A stretch of DNA of 36,884 nucleotides. Source: a virus (taxonomy: Duplodnaviria > Caudoviricetes). Both the position numbers and the translations under genes were made by a program. The stretch spans positions 1 through 36,884 of the IMG/VR virus record IMGVR_UViG_3300034411_000408, one strand, 5' to 3'. This document shows positions 19,224-28,760 of the stretch, in pieces (the first letter of the stretch is position 1; every line of letters begins with the position of its first letter). The notes beneath the pieces were generated by a model. That model was not told the origin of the DNA and did no database searches. It was given only the letters and a program-made list of their open reading frames with translations.

Positions 19224-20467
19224 TGGCGGAAGTTGATTATGAAGAAGAGCGCAGGCTAGCGGAAAGTTTGTTTCCTACCATGACGCCGGCGCAAAGACAG
19301 ATCGCCGGTGCAGGTGCTTTGCCTACGGTTGACCCTAATGACCGAAGAATGCGCCAAATGCAGATGCCGCAAATCGACACAGGTTTTGTGCCGCCAAGTA
19401 ATTTGCGAGAAGGCGTTACGAATTTTGTGCAGAACGCGATCGTGCAGCCTTTGAAATACGGCCTGTATTTAGATGAGAGCCCGCAGCGTAAAGGACAGCG
19501 GCTAAGCAACCAGTACAAAGGCTTGCAGATACAAGAATTTCAACAAGAGCTAAGCAGGCGTGAGCAACTCGTAGCCGCGTTATCGCCTTATTTTCCTGGT
19601 GAGCAACAACGAATTTTGGCTACTTTGCCGACTGAACAGTTGGCAGATTTAGCGACAGATAGGCGCGGTCAATTTGGTCAATTGAGCGGCGCGCCAAAAG
19701 GCACATTCGGCCAAACAAACGTTTTCACTGGCGAGGTGGATATAGCGATTGAGCCTACACCGCTGCAACAAGATATTGCAGCAGCGGGTGGTGCAGATCA
19801 ATTAGCGGCTCAAAAAGCAGCTGGTGTGACGGCTGAAGAAGAGGCGAAGGCTGATGTGGAAATCGCAAATATTCAGCCTCTAGCCTATCAGCAAAGGTTG
19901 GCCGGCCGATTTACAGCTCGGATGGATGCTGGTGACGTCGCGCGAACAAAATTGAAACCCCTTCGGTTGCTGAAGCAGCTACTGCGTGACGGGATATCCA
20001 CAGGGGCCGGCCAAGAGCAGTTGATGGGCATAAGAAATATTATGTCAACTCTTGGTTTTGATGTTCAGACAATAGGCGAGCAAGAAATATTTGGCGCATT
20101 GACCAAACGGTTAGCTTTGGCTGTTAGAAACCCTGCTGGCGGCGAAGGTATGCCAGGTTCCATGTCTAACAGCGACAGAGACTTCTTGGTCGCAACCGTA
20201 CCAGGTCTTGCATTGACCGAGCAAGGCAATGCTTATTTGCTGATCGTTATGGAGCGTCAACTACAGCGCGACATAGAGCTATCGAGACTGGCCGAGCAGC
20301 ATTTCCAAGAAAATAAAACGCACGAAGGCTTCCAACAAAAAGCATCCGACTACGCCGAAGCCAACCCAATGTTTGATGACATCAGAGCGGACGTCAAAGA
20401 AATTATTGCGGCGAACGAATCTGGAAAAGTACGGTTTACCGGCACTCCAAAAGAAGCAAGAGAATAG
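19223..20467 (+). CDS. Putative DNA ejection protein
   Basis: 414 aa helical; GSMSNSDRDFL...PGL...EQGN motif. Confidence 0.65.
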   Translation: MAEVDYEEERRLAESLFPTMTPAQRQIAGAGALPTVDPNDRRMRQMQMPQIDTGFVPPSNLREGVTNFVQNAIVQPLKYGLYLDESPQRKGQRLSNQYKGLQIQEFQQELSRREQLVAALSPYFPGEQQRILATLPTEQLADLATDRRGQFGQLSGAPKGTFGQTNVFTGEVDIAIEPTPLQQDIAAAGGADQLAAQKAAGVTAEEEAKADVEIANIQPLAYQQRLAGRFTARMDAGDVARTKLKPLRLLKQLLRDGISTGAGQEQLMGIRNIMSTLGFDVQTIGEQEIFGALTKRLALAVRNPAGGEGMPGSMSNSDRDFLVATVPGLALTEQGNAYLLIVMERQLQRDIELSRLAEQHFQENKTHEGFQQKASDYAEANPMFDDIRADVKEIIAANESGKVRFTGTPKEARE

Positions 20468-20469
20468 TT

Positions 20470-22731
20470 ATGGCGAGAAAAGAAGGTAAAATTTATCTGC
20501 ATCCTCTTCCAGAAGAGGGCAATGTGCCGCTGCTTTTTGAAGGCGGTGATTTCAAAGATCTCTCAAACTATCGCCGGCTTACGACAGCAGAGCGAGCATT
20601 CGAGGCTGCTAGTGGTAAGCGCTATAACTTAGAAGACTTGCCGTCGCTGCGCGATCTCATGGACTCGTCTCCAGAGCTAAGCTCGACGTCTAGCCTATGG
20701 CCTTCGATGATGATGGCCGGCGACGAAACAAAACTGCAAGGCGCTGTAGCGGGTCACATACCTAACGCGAAAATAACTAAAGACGAAAACGGCACCGATA
20801 TAGTCAGCTTTGAAGACTCAACTGGTGAAAGCCGACGCGCCTATATCAACCGTCCAGGCTTTAGCACGCAAGATGCGTCTCGCGTCATCGGCGAAGGCGC
20901 GGCATTATTTGGCGCATCAAAAGCGTTTGGCGTAGGTAAGCAAGGCATTGGCATGTTGAACAACGCAGCGCGGATGTTTGGCGCGGGCACCACGGCAAGT
21001 GCAGGTCAAGACGTTGCGTCTGGAATGCTTGCTAACGAGTCTGTCATCGACAGCGTGACCAATGTTGACGTGCCACGCGCTCTGACAGCGGGTGCGCTAG
21101 AAGCTGGAATTGGTACGACCCTAGACTTGGTTCTGTCTGTAGTGCCTGGGCTGCGTCAAAAAATGGCGCAAGGCCAGAAGATATTCGATAGCGAAGGCGG
21201 CATAACGCAATCAGGCAGAGACGCGCTCGAACAGGCCGGCATCGTTTGGGAACAAACAACGCAAGAATTTAAGGATGCCTTGCTGACACGAACCTTGGGT
21301 GGAGGCGAGATGACGCCTGCGCAGACGGCAATACTTGCGGACGCGGGATCACTGCCAACACCAGTGCCGATGACGCGAGGCCAAGTGACCGGCAGCCCGA
21401 GCGAGCAGCTGGTCGAAGACCAAATGCGCAAGGGCGTGTATGGCGAGCCGGTAGAGCGGCGCATGAATCAGTTTGTGACTGAGGAACAAACGCCTGCTTT
21501 AGAATCTAATTTAACCGCAATACAGCAGCAAATAGCGGGCGGCGCGCCTGTTATCGCTCGAGGGCAGGGGGCTGAAGCGGCTCAGCTGCAACTTGGGCAA
21601 CAGCGTCTGCAAGCCAATCAAGAAAAGAACGAGGCTTACTCGCAAGCGCGAAACCCAGCGCTGTTTGGCGGCACTTACTCTGGTGGAAGTCCTGCTGTTT
21701 ACAGTCAGCCTGCGATCACAACAATGGCAGACGGCATTGAGCGCACCATACGGACTAATTTTGCGCCAGACGTGTTGGAAGGCGCTCCAGGCGCATTGGT
21801 GAAACAGTTGCGGGGCTTCGCTAGCAGAGAAACGCCAGTGTCTGTGCGTGAGATGTTTGAATGGCGTGCGCGAGTTAATAACACGATCGAGCGAGGCACT
21901 CCCGAAGGGACTGCGCTGATGTCGGCAAAACGTACCTTTGACCAGCAGATGAACAGCGCGTTAGATCGCGCGTTAATTACTGGCGACGCTAACTCTGTCG
22001 GCGCATGGCGTGACGCAATAGCGCAAAACGCAGACTTCATGCGCACTTACAAAGACCGAGACACGGTTGATTTGTTGACGGCAACGAAAGAGGGCACGCC
22101 TGGCTCGCAGTTTGAGTTTAACGTTGCGCCGAACGATGCCGCTAATTTCATTTTCAACGCATCAAACACTGGGTTTATCACGAAGCGCAACTTGCAGCGA
22201 GACTTGCTGAAAATGAAAGAGCTACTGCCAGAAAACCAGTGGAACCAGTTGCGCCAAGAATTATTCCTACGCATCGCTTCTGGCGGGCGCACTCGCCAGG
22301 GGGACTTGAGCGGAGCCAAGCTAAAAGGCTCGGTCAACGATGCTTTAGAGAGAAGCTCGGCAGTGATGTCGGCTGCGTTTACCGCAGAAGAAAAAGCGTT
22401 ACTGCAGCAATTTGCACGAGTGGCTGACCGCGTGCAAAACACGACCAGAAACTACAGCAATACAGCTGCGGCAAACGCTCGCAACATGAAAGATTTGGCC
22501 ATGCAAGTTGCGACCGCATTCCAAATGCGCGGCCCAATGTTAGATAAGTTGCTGTTGTTAGTGCCACTAGGAATCGGCGAAGCTCGTCGCACTGGCGCAA
22601 GCATTGGACTGAACAACAGATTGGGATACGAAGGTGCCGCTCCAAGACCTGGCCCTGGATCAGTTGCGCTGCCAACAGCAATTGCAACAGAAGAGCAGGA
22701 ACCAATCGAAGATCGGATGCTTTCCAGGTAA
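20470..22731 (+). CDS. Putative large DNA ejection protein (P22 gp16-like position)
   Basis: 753 aa; YINRPGFSTQD, PMTRGQVTG; last large late gene. Confidence 0.65.
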   Translation: MARKEGKIYLHPLPEEGNVPLLFEGGDFKDLSNYRRLTTAERAFEAASGKRYNLEDLPSLRDLMDSSPELSSTSSLWPSMMMAGDETKLQGAVAGHIPNAKITKDENGTDIVSFEDSTGESRRAYINRPGFSTQDASRVIGEGAALFGASKAFGVGKQGIGMLNNAARMFGAGTTASAGQDVASGMLANESVIDSVTNVDVPRALTAGALEAGIGTTLDLVLSVVPGLRQKMAQGQKIFDSEGGITQSGRDALEQAGIVWEQTTQEFKDALLTRTLGGGEMTPAQTAILADAGSLPTPVPMTRGQVTGSPSEQLVEDQMRKGVYGEPVERRMNQFVTEEQTPALESNLTAIQQQIAGGAPVIARGQGAEAAQLQLGQQRLQANQEKNEAYSQARNPALFGGTYSGGSPAVYSQPAITTMADGIERTIRTNFAPDVLEGAPGALVKQLRGFASRETPVSVREMFEWRARVNNTIERGTPEGTALMSAKRTFDQQMNSALDRALITGDANSVGAWRDAIAQNADFMRTYKDRDTVDLLTATKEGTPGSQFEFNVAPNDAANFIFNASNTGFITKRNLQRDLLKMKELLPENQWNQLRQELFLRIASGGRTRQGDLSGAKLKGSVNDALERSSAVMSAAFTAEEKALLQQFARVADRVQNTTRNYSNTAAANARNMKDLAMQVATAFQMRGPMLDKLLLLVPLGIGEARRTGASIGLNNRLGYEGAAPRPGPGSVALPTAIATEEQEPIEDRMLSR

Positions 22732-22937
22732 TGGACGTCTCAATGACAAGCGCGCCCGCGCCAGTTACCTGGAAGTCGGTCGCTGTGCAGAAGCAAGAAA
22801 CACTTCGCACTGGCGGCGAGGGCGAGCTCGTGCGTGAGGCTAAAGAGGTAACCCAGCCAACGCTTTACACGGCCAAGGAAGGCCGCGTTGAAGTGCAGCA
22901 GCTGGCATCGTCTTCTACGCTGAATCTGTTGGTGTAG
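22731..22937 (+). CDS. Hypothetical protein
   Basis: Coupled to the upstream stop; ends at the attP arm sites. Confidence 0.6.
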   Translation: MDVSMTSAPAPVTWKSVAVQKQETLRTGGEGELVREAKEVTQPTLYTAKEGRVEVQQLASSSTLNLLV

Positions 22938-23160
22938 TGGCACCACTTTGGCACCACTTTTACGGTTAAATACAGCATTTCACAGTAAGCCACAGCAGGG
23001 CGCCTTTGTAAGTCATTGATTTTATTGGGTCTGCAGCAAGCTACAGCAGGCTGCAGCAGGCGACTATGGGTTCAAGCCCCATCGTCCACCCCATTCAACC
23101 TATTGATTTGATTGACTTTTTTGTTGTCAGATTAATGTTGGCACCAGTTTGGCACCACTA
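22938..23160. mobile_element. attP: tRNA-His 3'-end core with arm-type, IHF and Xis-like sites
   Basis: Core ATGGG-TTCAAGC-CCCAT-CGTCCAC-C-CCA (23066-23093); TGGCACCA(C/G)T(T/A) pairs at 22938/22949 and 23139/23150; WATCAANNNNTTR on - strand at 23009-23021 and 23096-23108. Confidence 0.9.
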
Positions 23161-23171
23161 GCGCGGCGATT

Positions 23172-24239
23172 TCATTCAATCGTCGCCCAAATTGCGGCCT
23201 GTTCCGCGTCTGCATCAGCGTCGATAAATCGCGCGTATGTGGTCAAAAAAGTCTGCACCGAGTGCCCTAAAATCTTGGCGCAGTAGGCTGGCTTCATGCC
23301 GGCTTCAAGCATCCTGCAGGCGCATGAGTGACGCACGTTGTAAGGATCGCGGTAGCGAATGCCTGTGCTCTCCATCGCGCGCACCAGAGCTCGGCCAGTG
23401 TTATTGCTGCTCGTGAATGGCTGGCCGTACTGATTGTTCACAATGTGATCGCTATGCAGCACTCTGGGTGCATCGAGCAGGGCTTTCTTCACGGCAGGGT
23501 GTACGGGCACCATGCGCTCGGTATCTGTCTTTGTTGTGCCTTCTGACCCGTAGACGCGGTTTCTGTGGACATGAAACACACCGTCTTTGTAATCAGACCA
23601 CCGGAGCGCGATCACCTCGCCAGGGCGCAAGCCGCAGTGGTAGCGGATCAGGTAGAAGATGCGCAGGTTCTCTGGCAGTGCTGCGAGCAGCTGTTTCATT
23701 TCGTCCGCAGTAAACGGATCAATCTCACGCTTTTCTTTTTTGATCTCTTTGCTGATCAGGCTGCACGGGTTTTCTGTGATCCAGCGACTTTTCATTGCGA
23801 GCTCAAAGACACTGCCGCCGTCGTTCAAAATTTCGCGCAGCGTTTTGGCTGACAGCTGCTTGCGGTAGATACCGCGCATCATTTCTTGCACGTCGCCGTA
23901 GCGGATCTGCGTGATTGGCCAATTGGCAAACTCAGGCATCCAATAATTGTTGAGTCGGCTTTTGACGCTGCGCCTAGCGCTTGGTTTACCGCGTTCGAGG
24001 ATGTCGAGTCGTGTTTGTGCGAGCTCGCCGAAGGTAGGGCTGCGACCTTCTGGCCTGCCGTCGTGCGGGTTTTCAATAAGGTCTTTGATTCGCCGCGCGC
24101 GGATCTGCGCGGCTTTAACTATGTTAGCTGGCGTATACGGGAGGGTGAGCGTCTCGTAGCATCGCTTCTTTCCTTCCCACCACCGGATCTGGCACTTGCC
24201 TCGTTTGTTGACGACGCCGGTCGTTTTTTGTTCTGCCAT
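23172..24239 (-). CDS. int: Tyrosine integrase
   Basis: GLRPGE, YNVRH, LGHS, TYARF catalytic motifs; N-terminal arm-binding domain; adjacent to attP. Confidence 0.95.
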   Translation of the reverse strand: MAEQKTTGVVNKRGKCQIRWWEGKKRCYETLTLPYTPANIVKAAQIRARRIKDLIENPHDGRPEGRSPTFGELAQTRLDILERGKPSARRSVKSRLNNYWMPEFANWPITQIRYGDVQEMMRGIYRKQLSAKTLREILNDGGSVFELAMKSRWITENPCSLISKEIKKEKREIDPFTADEMKQLLAALPENLRIFYLIRYHCGLRPGEVIALRWSDYKDGVFHVHRNRVYGSEGTTKTDTERMVPVHPAVKKALLDAPRVLHSDHIVNNQYGQPFTSSNNTGRALVRAMESTGIRYRDPYNVRHSCACRMLEAGMKPAYCAKILGHSVQTFLTTYARFIDADADAEQAAIWATIE

Positions 24240-24388
24240 GCCGTTATTGCCTCCAAGTCGTAGACCGTCGTGTTTGCAGGATCAGGCCAATAATGGACGC
24301 CTTTCTCCCAGGCTTGCAACCGGCGATGTCTAATCTGGCCATTCGTGTAGCCAGTGATCTCAGTCAACTTTGCTTCGGTAACGATCAC
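24119..24388 (-). CDS. xis: Excisionase-like protein
   Basis: TGYT..QIR...WEKGVHYW......VYDLEAITAW; overlaps the int 5' end. Confidence 0.75.
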   Translation of the reverse strand: MIVTEAKLTEITGYTNGQIRHRRLQAWEKGVHYWPDPANTTVYDLEAITAWQNKKRPASSTNEASARSGGGKERSDATRRSPSRIRQLT

Positions 24389-24639
24389 GACTGCGCCTCT
24401 TCATCGATCCACCAATTTAAGTAATCACGCGCTTTTCGCAGGTGCTCAACTGCTGGTTTCTGGTGGTGATTCGCCCGCATGACATATTTCAAAATGTTCC
24501 CTTGGCAGTACGCCTTGAACTGCTCGCTGTCGAGCGTGTCTCGTATCACTTCGATCACTTCGATGTTGCCCTGGGTGTAGTGGGCCGGCGGCTTGCGTAG
24601 GGCGTTCCATTCTGCTGGCGTCGCGTCGTCAATGCTCAT
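24385..24639 (-). CDS. DUF3310 (T7 gp1.7/SaV-like) protein
   Basis: PAHYTQGNIEVIEVI...YCQGNILKYVMR...LRKARDYL. Confidence 0.85.
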   Translation of the reverse strand: MSIDDATPAEWNALRKPPAHYTQGNIEVIEVIRDTLDSEQFKAYCQGNILKYVMRANHHQKPAVEHLRKARDYLNWWIDEEAQS

Positions 24640-24905
24640 TCGATGTCTCGCTTAATTTTTTTGACTTGGCCATCCGTGATTTCGTATCGATTGATGACGT
24701 TGTAAACGGTCGATTGGTTCAGCGCCGTGGCATCGGCGATCGCCACTTTGCGCATGCCGCCGTGCCAGAGCTTGAGCACGCTGCTGATCTGATCATCGGT
24801 CAGCGCTCTATGAAACTGACGATTGCCGGCGCGCTTGGTCTTCGGCGACATCAGGTGCCTAGCCTGTTTTTGTGCCCGAATCGCTCGGAAAAAAATGTCG
24901 GTCAT
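24636..24905 (-). CDS. Small helix-turn-helix protein
   Basis: LTDDQI..VLKL...KVAIADATALNQSTVYNVINR; GGAG RBS. Confidence 0.75.
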   Translation of the reverse strand: MTDIFFRAIRAQKQARHLMSPKTKRAGNRQFHRALTDDQISSVLKLWHGGMRKVAIADATALNQSTVYNVINRYEITDGQVKKIKRDIE

Positions 24906-24915
24906 TCAGTGCTCC

Positions 24916-25000
24916 AAAAAAGCCCGCCTTTGGCTGCGCGGACGGGAACGCGCCCAGGGGAAGCCAGCGCACTGAAGGAGAGGCTCATGCGCTGGAGCCG
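24916..25000 (-). ncRNA. Candidate structured cis-RNA (hairpin, H-type pseudoknot, U-tract)
   Basis: CCAGCGCA/UGCGCUGG stem; GCGCG/CGCGC stem whose loop CCCGUC can pair with downstream GGCGGG; then U6. Confidence 0.5.
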
Positions 25001-25002
25001 TG

Positions 25003-25215
25003 TCAAAATGGAATTTCTTCGATGAAATCGGGGCAAACGCCTTCGCGCGGCATGAAGTCAGCCGGCGGACGCGCCATATGCTTCTGGCAAAAGCCTGGCA
25101 AGCGATCCATGTGATCGCAGAAGAAACAGTTTTCTGGCTTCTTCTCGCGCTCACGCTGCGCAGCCTTGGCGGCCACTCGCATGTCGGTCAGCACTTGCAC
25201 CCATGTTTCGCTCAT
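25003..25215 (-). CDS. Small Cys-rich protein (70 aa)
   Basis: ATG at 25215 overlaps the upstream stop; CFFC...C..H...C, C-terminal EEIPF. Confidence 0.7.
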   Translation of the reverse strand: MSETWVQVLTDMRVAAKAAQREREKKPENCFFCDHMDRLPGFCQKHMARPPADFMPREGVCPDFIEEIPF

Positions 25216-25472
25216 TTGCGAGGCCAGCGAACGCGCCAGACGACGTATGTGCCGTCGCCAAGACCCAGGGTTTGGCAACCGATCTTGTGCTTGTAGAAGT
25301 ACGATTTCATCGCGTTTTTCTCTTTTGCGCTCGAAAGCCGCACGCAGTCGCCAACCTTCATGTCTTGCGCGAAACGCGCCCATTTGTTCGTAAACCGCGC
25401 TTTTTTCGTGTTCGGCGAGGGTCTTTCGATGCCGGCGACAACTTCGCCCAGGGGTATTTCTGTCAGATTCAT
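25212..25472 (-). CDS. Hypothetical small DNA-binding-like protein
   Basis: KW..F..DMKVGD...VWRV; coupled to both neighbours. Confidence 0.7.
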   Translation of the reverse strand: MNLTEIPLGEVVAGIERPSPNTKKARFTNKWARFAQDMKVGDCVRLSSAKEKNAMKSYFYKHKIGCQTLGLGDGTYVVWRVRWPRK

Positions 25473-26518
25473 TTCATGTCTCCCGCCAATCTCGCATCGA
25501 ACTCTTGTTTGAGGTCGTCAGTCGTGTCATCGCCAACGATTGATGGCGCGTCAACGGACGCAATCTCCGAGCTTCGATAAGCAGATTGGCTGTTGGTGAA
25601 TGTTTTTCCGTTCAGTTTGTTTTGGTAAGTCACGCCGTCGCCGTCCGCGTCAATGGGCTCAGCCCAATTCGCGAGCAGCGGCGGTATGAAATTGTGGTCG
25701 TCACAGCCGTTACGCTGGCTGGCTTTGTCGAGATGCCGGTCGTGTTTTTCGCAGTGCCAGCGCCCGTCGCCGTCCATCGTGGGCGTGGCGTGCGCGCAGG
25801 TTCTGCAGTTCATCGCCGGCGTAGCAGTGCCATGGCACAGCTCATAAAAATCGCACCATTTGCACCGGAACCAACTCGGGTCGTCGCTCATGCGCTCCAG
25901 CGGGCGGTCACTTGTGATGATGCGATGCGCGCGTTTGAGCATGCGCTCTGCGTGCGCCTGGTCGAGCGGCACGCGCTCGAGATACAGATCGTCGTCGTTT
26001 TTATTAACGGCCATGTATAGCGCCCACTGCACGTCCATTTTGTGCATATAGATCTGCATCTGCGTGAAGTGCATTGGCTTCGATTCGGCCACGCCGCGCT
26101 TTACCACGTCGGCAAAACTTTTGGCGTTGTGTGTCTTGAATTCGAGAACGTGCGGCTCGTCGGGGGCGTCAGGCAAGCCCTTGCCCATGCCGTCGAGCGA
26201 TCCGCCGAAATGGCCTGCGTGATCTTCGATGCGCCATTGCTGGTTCGTGTCTGGATCAACTTCCCAGACGGTAACGCCAGCGCGGCGCAGGTAATTCACG
26301 AAGCGCACTTCTTCCGTTTCGCCGCGGGCGAACAGGCGCAGCAGTCGCGCGCCATGCCGCTGGGCTTTGACCCAGTGGTGGCCGTACCACAACTTGCGAC
26401 TGCATTCCTCGCCAGCAATCGACGCGCCAAAGTGAAGCCGACCAGGCGCGTTGTCCTGGTCAGCCTCGATGCTCGTGTCGATCGCGGCGAGCGTTTGGCT
26501 GGCAGATATTACTTCCAA
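25469..26518 (-). CDS. PD-(D/E)XK Cas4-like exonuclease
   Basis: GAS.AGEECSRKLWY, GSLDG, VLEFKT, QMQIYM, CKWC.F...C; extra C-terminal Cys cluster. Confidence 0.88.
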   Translation of the reverse strand: MEVISASQTLAAIDTSIEADQDNAPGRLHFGASIAGEECSRKLWYGHHWVKAQRHGARLLRLFARGETEEVRFVNYLRRAGVTVWEVDPDTNQQWRIEDHAGHFGGSLDGMGKGLPDAPDEPHVLEFKTHNAKSFADVVKRGVAESKPMHFTQMQIYMHKMDVQWALYMAVNKNDDDLYLERVPLDQAHAERMLKRAHRIITSDRPLERMSDDPSWFRCKWCDFYELCHGTATPAMNCRTCAHATPTMDGDGRWHCEKHDRHLDKASQRNGCDDHNFIPPLLANWAEPIDADGDGVTYQNKLNGKTFTNSQSAYRSSEIASVDAPSIVGDDTTDDLKQEFDARLAGDMK

Positions 26519-27015
26519 GGCGGCGTCGTCTTCTCTGCAAGCGGAGCAGGCGCTGCTTCAGCAGCCGGTGCCGCAGGTGCAGCCGCAGCCGGTGCTGGCG
26601 CTGGTGCGGAGCCAGCTGGTGCCGAGTAGCCACGGATTTCGTTGCTGGCAGGGTAGCCGTTCGATGCTTCTCGCACTTTGACGAGCACTTCGATTTCGTG
26701 GAAGTGCAGATCCTGGCTGTCGGCAAAGCCATCCTTGCCCATCGCCGTGCAGACGCTTGCCAGGTCGCGCTTCGCGATCTCGACCGCCTTTTCGTTTGGG
26801 TTATCGACGTTGTAGTTAGCCCAAACCTTGCGGCCTTTATGCTCGCCTGACGTGATTTCCCAAGTGAAATTCAGGTAGTGCCCAGTGCCTGCGCGGGTCG
26901 CCCGCATTTCGCTGTCAGTGATTACTGCTTTATATGTGCCCTCGGGCAGCGGCTGGCGCTCTTGAGGCGCGGATGCCGGCTCGATACCGGCGGTGCTAAA
27001 TTGAAACTGTGCCAT
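26509..27015 (-). CDS. Single-stranded DNA-binding protein (DUF669-like)
   Basis: PLPEGTYKAVI...GEHKGRKVW...NEI, Ala/Pro linker, PPWK tail. Confidence 0.85.
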   Translation of the reverse strand: MAQFQFSTAGIEPASAPQERQPLPEGTYKAVITDSEMRATRAGTGHYLNFTWEITSGEHKGRKVWANYNVDNPNEKAVEIAKRDLASVCTAMGKDGFADSQDLHFHEIEVLVKVREASNGYPASNEIRGYSAPAGSAPAPAPAAAAPAAPAAEAAPAPLAEKTTPPWK

Positions 27016-27770
27016 CAGGCTGCTCCTTCAAGTTTTTGGTTCATTGCGGTGGTGAGGGCTTCCCAACTCAGATCGATCTCGTCGGGCAAGCCAAATCGGT
27101 TTTTGGCGACATACGCAGGCGTTTCGACAGTGCAGAGCACGCGCTTGCCGGTGCTAATGCCGCGGGCTCGCGTGTTGCCGAAGCCCGTGTCTTCTTTTTT
27201 GACCATGACTTTGTGCTTTGCGAACAGCACGAGGTCGCACGACTCTTGAACGAGCGCGCTGGCCTTTGCGTGCAACTTAATTTCGTACCGATCGATCTGC
27301 TCCATCTCAGGATCTGCGTGCTTGCGGATTTGGTGGTGCGCGATAAGCAGGACGTTCATGCCCTGGTTGTCGCGAACAAAGCGCAGGCCGGACAGCAGGT
27401 CGCGCCAGAGGTCTAGCGCCATCACGTAACCTTTGCCGTAAGTCAGCTGCTCGATGCTTTTGACGTTGTTGTCTTCACAGACCTTCTTCCAGATCAGTGG
27501 CTCCAGATGGTCGAGCGAGTCGATTACCACAGTCTTGTAGTCGTGCTTACCGCAGAGCGCCTCGATCGCAGACATGACGTCGTCGTATGACTTGGCGATC
27601 GGGAAAGCCTGCAGCGTGAGACTGCCGGCACCGTCTTCCGTTGGGATAAAAACGGCGTTTGGCGCGTCGGCTGCGAAGGTCGTCTTGCCAACACCGGAGG
27701 TGCCGAAGACGAGCCCGAAGAGCGCGCGCGCAGATTGTGTCGGTGATACCGACTTCAGATCAAAGGCCAT
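27015..27770 (-). CDS. Sak4-like (AAA_24) ATPase / recombinase
   Basis: GTSGVGKTT Walker A, VVIDSLD Walker B, AKNRFGLP. Confidence 0.9.
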   Translation of the reverse strand: MAFDLKSVSPTQSARALFGLVFGTSGVGKTTFAADAPNAVFIPTEDGAGSLTLQAFPIAKSYDDVMSAIEALCGKHDYKTVVIDSLDHLEPLIWKKVCEDNNVKSIEQLTYGKGYVMALDLWRDLLSGLRFVRDNQGMNVLLIAHHQIRKHADPEMEQIDRYEIKLHAKASALVQESCDLVLFAKHKVMVKKEDTGFGNTRARGISTGKRVLCTVETPAYVAKNRFGLPDEIDLSWEALTTAMNQKLEGAA

Positions 27771-27772
27771 GG

Positions 27773-28186
27773 TTACGCCTCCTTGATGGTGATGTAGGGT
27801 TTCGCAGGGGAGGTCGTCACGGCGGCAGACATTTCTTTATAAAAGTCTGGCTCGTTGTTCTGCAGGTAACGCATTTGCGTGTCGCTCAGCACTTCTTTCA
27901 GCTGTACGGGGTGCAGGTTCGTTGGGATCTTGTGCTTGATGCGCTTCCACCCCTCTTGATCCAGCCGGCGGTTGAAGCCATTTTTGACTGTGACTTTCGT
28001 GCCGTTGGCGAGGGTGGTGGTTTTGCTGCCTTCTTCGACTTGCTCCAAGAAGGGCAGGATCTCGGCTTCGTGCTTAACTCGTTCGAGCTTTGCGTCGTCT
28101 TCGATCTTTTTGAGCTCTGCCAGCCTGGTGACTAGCGATTCGATTGTTGGCTCGTTGTTTCCGTTTCGTGTCGTTTCGTCGGTCAT
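27773..28186 (-). CDS. Hypothetical protein, first gene of the recombination operon
   Basis: AAGGAG RBS; coiled-coil N-terminus; AVTTSPAKPYITIK end. Confidence 0.8.
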   Translation of the reverse strand: MTDETTRNGNNEPTIESLVTRLAELKKIEDDAKLERVKHEAEILPFLEQVEEGSKTTTLANGTKVTVKNGFNRRLDQEGWKRIKHKIPTNLHPVQLKEVLSDTQMRYLQNNEPDFYKEMSAAVTTSPAKPYITIKEA

Positions 28187-28190
28187 CGAT

Positions 28191-28258
28191 TGTCTCCTTA
28201 TTCGTTGACAAGGGGAACAATATAGATGACCTATATGGCTGTCAACAAAAAGGAGACA
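28191..28258 (-). promoter_or_regulatory. Early leftward sigma70 promoter with repressor-operator-like sites
   Basis: TTGACA (28245-28240), 17 bp, TATTGT (28222-28217); TGTCAACA-AAA-AGGAGACA at 28240-28258. Confidence 0.75.
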
Positions 28259-28273
28259 GATGGAACAGTTTAT

Positions 28274-28744
28274 TCAGAAAGACGCAACGACCACGTTTTT
28301 CATTGATGCGGCGTTTTTGCCCTTTAGGTAGAGCAGTTCGACGTTGCGCATGTCGTAGAACAGGTCGTTTGCTCGCGCGTAAGCCTTCACTGAAGGCAGA
28401 TCCCAAGGATGGACACTGACATACATCATCTCATTTTCGATGCGCACGCACACAAAAGCGCTGTCTTTGTACAGCACAAGCGTCTCTGCCGAGTAGCCTT
28501 CATAAAAATGCGCCATTTCTTTTGCAGCGGCGCGGAACGCTCGATGTGTGCTGCACCCGCCAAACTTACATGGGTGAATCATTTCCTGCAGCATTTGGAT
28601 TGGTTGCACAGACTGAGAATCGTCCGGCACCGAATAAAACTCAAGTCCGCTCCCGCAGCAAAACAGGTCGGTTGCTTCCGTCAGCGCTTTGTTCGCGTAA
28701 AGATCCCAGAGCCGTTGGCATTCTATTATCTTTGTTGTTTTCAT
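28274..28744 (-). CDS. Unknown 156-aa protein, paralogue B in the cI operon
   Basis: Colinear similarity to 28761-29231; GGAG RBS. Confidence 0.85.
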   Translation of the reverse strand: MKTTKIIECQRLWDLYANKALTEATDLFCCGSGLEFYSVPDDSQSVQPIQMLQEMIHPCKFGGCSTHRAFRAAAKEMAHFYEGYSAETLVLYKDSAFVCVRIENEMMYVSVHPWDLPSVKAYARANDLFYDMRNVELLYLKGKNAASMKNVVVASF

Positions 28745-28760
28745 CAGTGGGCTCCAGTTT

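Noticed and set aside
23066-23093. tRNA gene
   Set aside because: Only the T-arm and 3' acceptor strand are present; it is the att core.
24930-24960. HDV-like ribozyme (GCG-UUCCCGU resembles P3/L3)
   Set aside because: The loop is 8 nt and no P1, P1.1, P4 or P2 could be built around it.
25469-26518. Cas4 as a sign of a CRISPR system
   Set aside because: It sits in a Sak4-SSB-exonuclease recombination module; no array or other cas genes.
28229-28238. Fifth late-promoter palindrome (CCATATAGGT on - strand; also CCACATATAC at 35867)
   Set aside because: Two mismatches each, and no -10 element 16-17 bp upstream.
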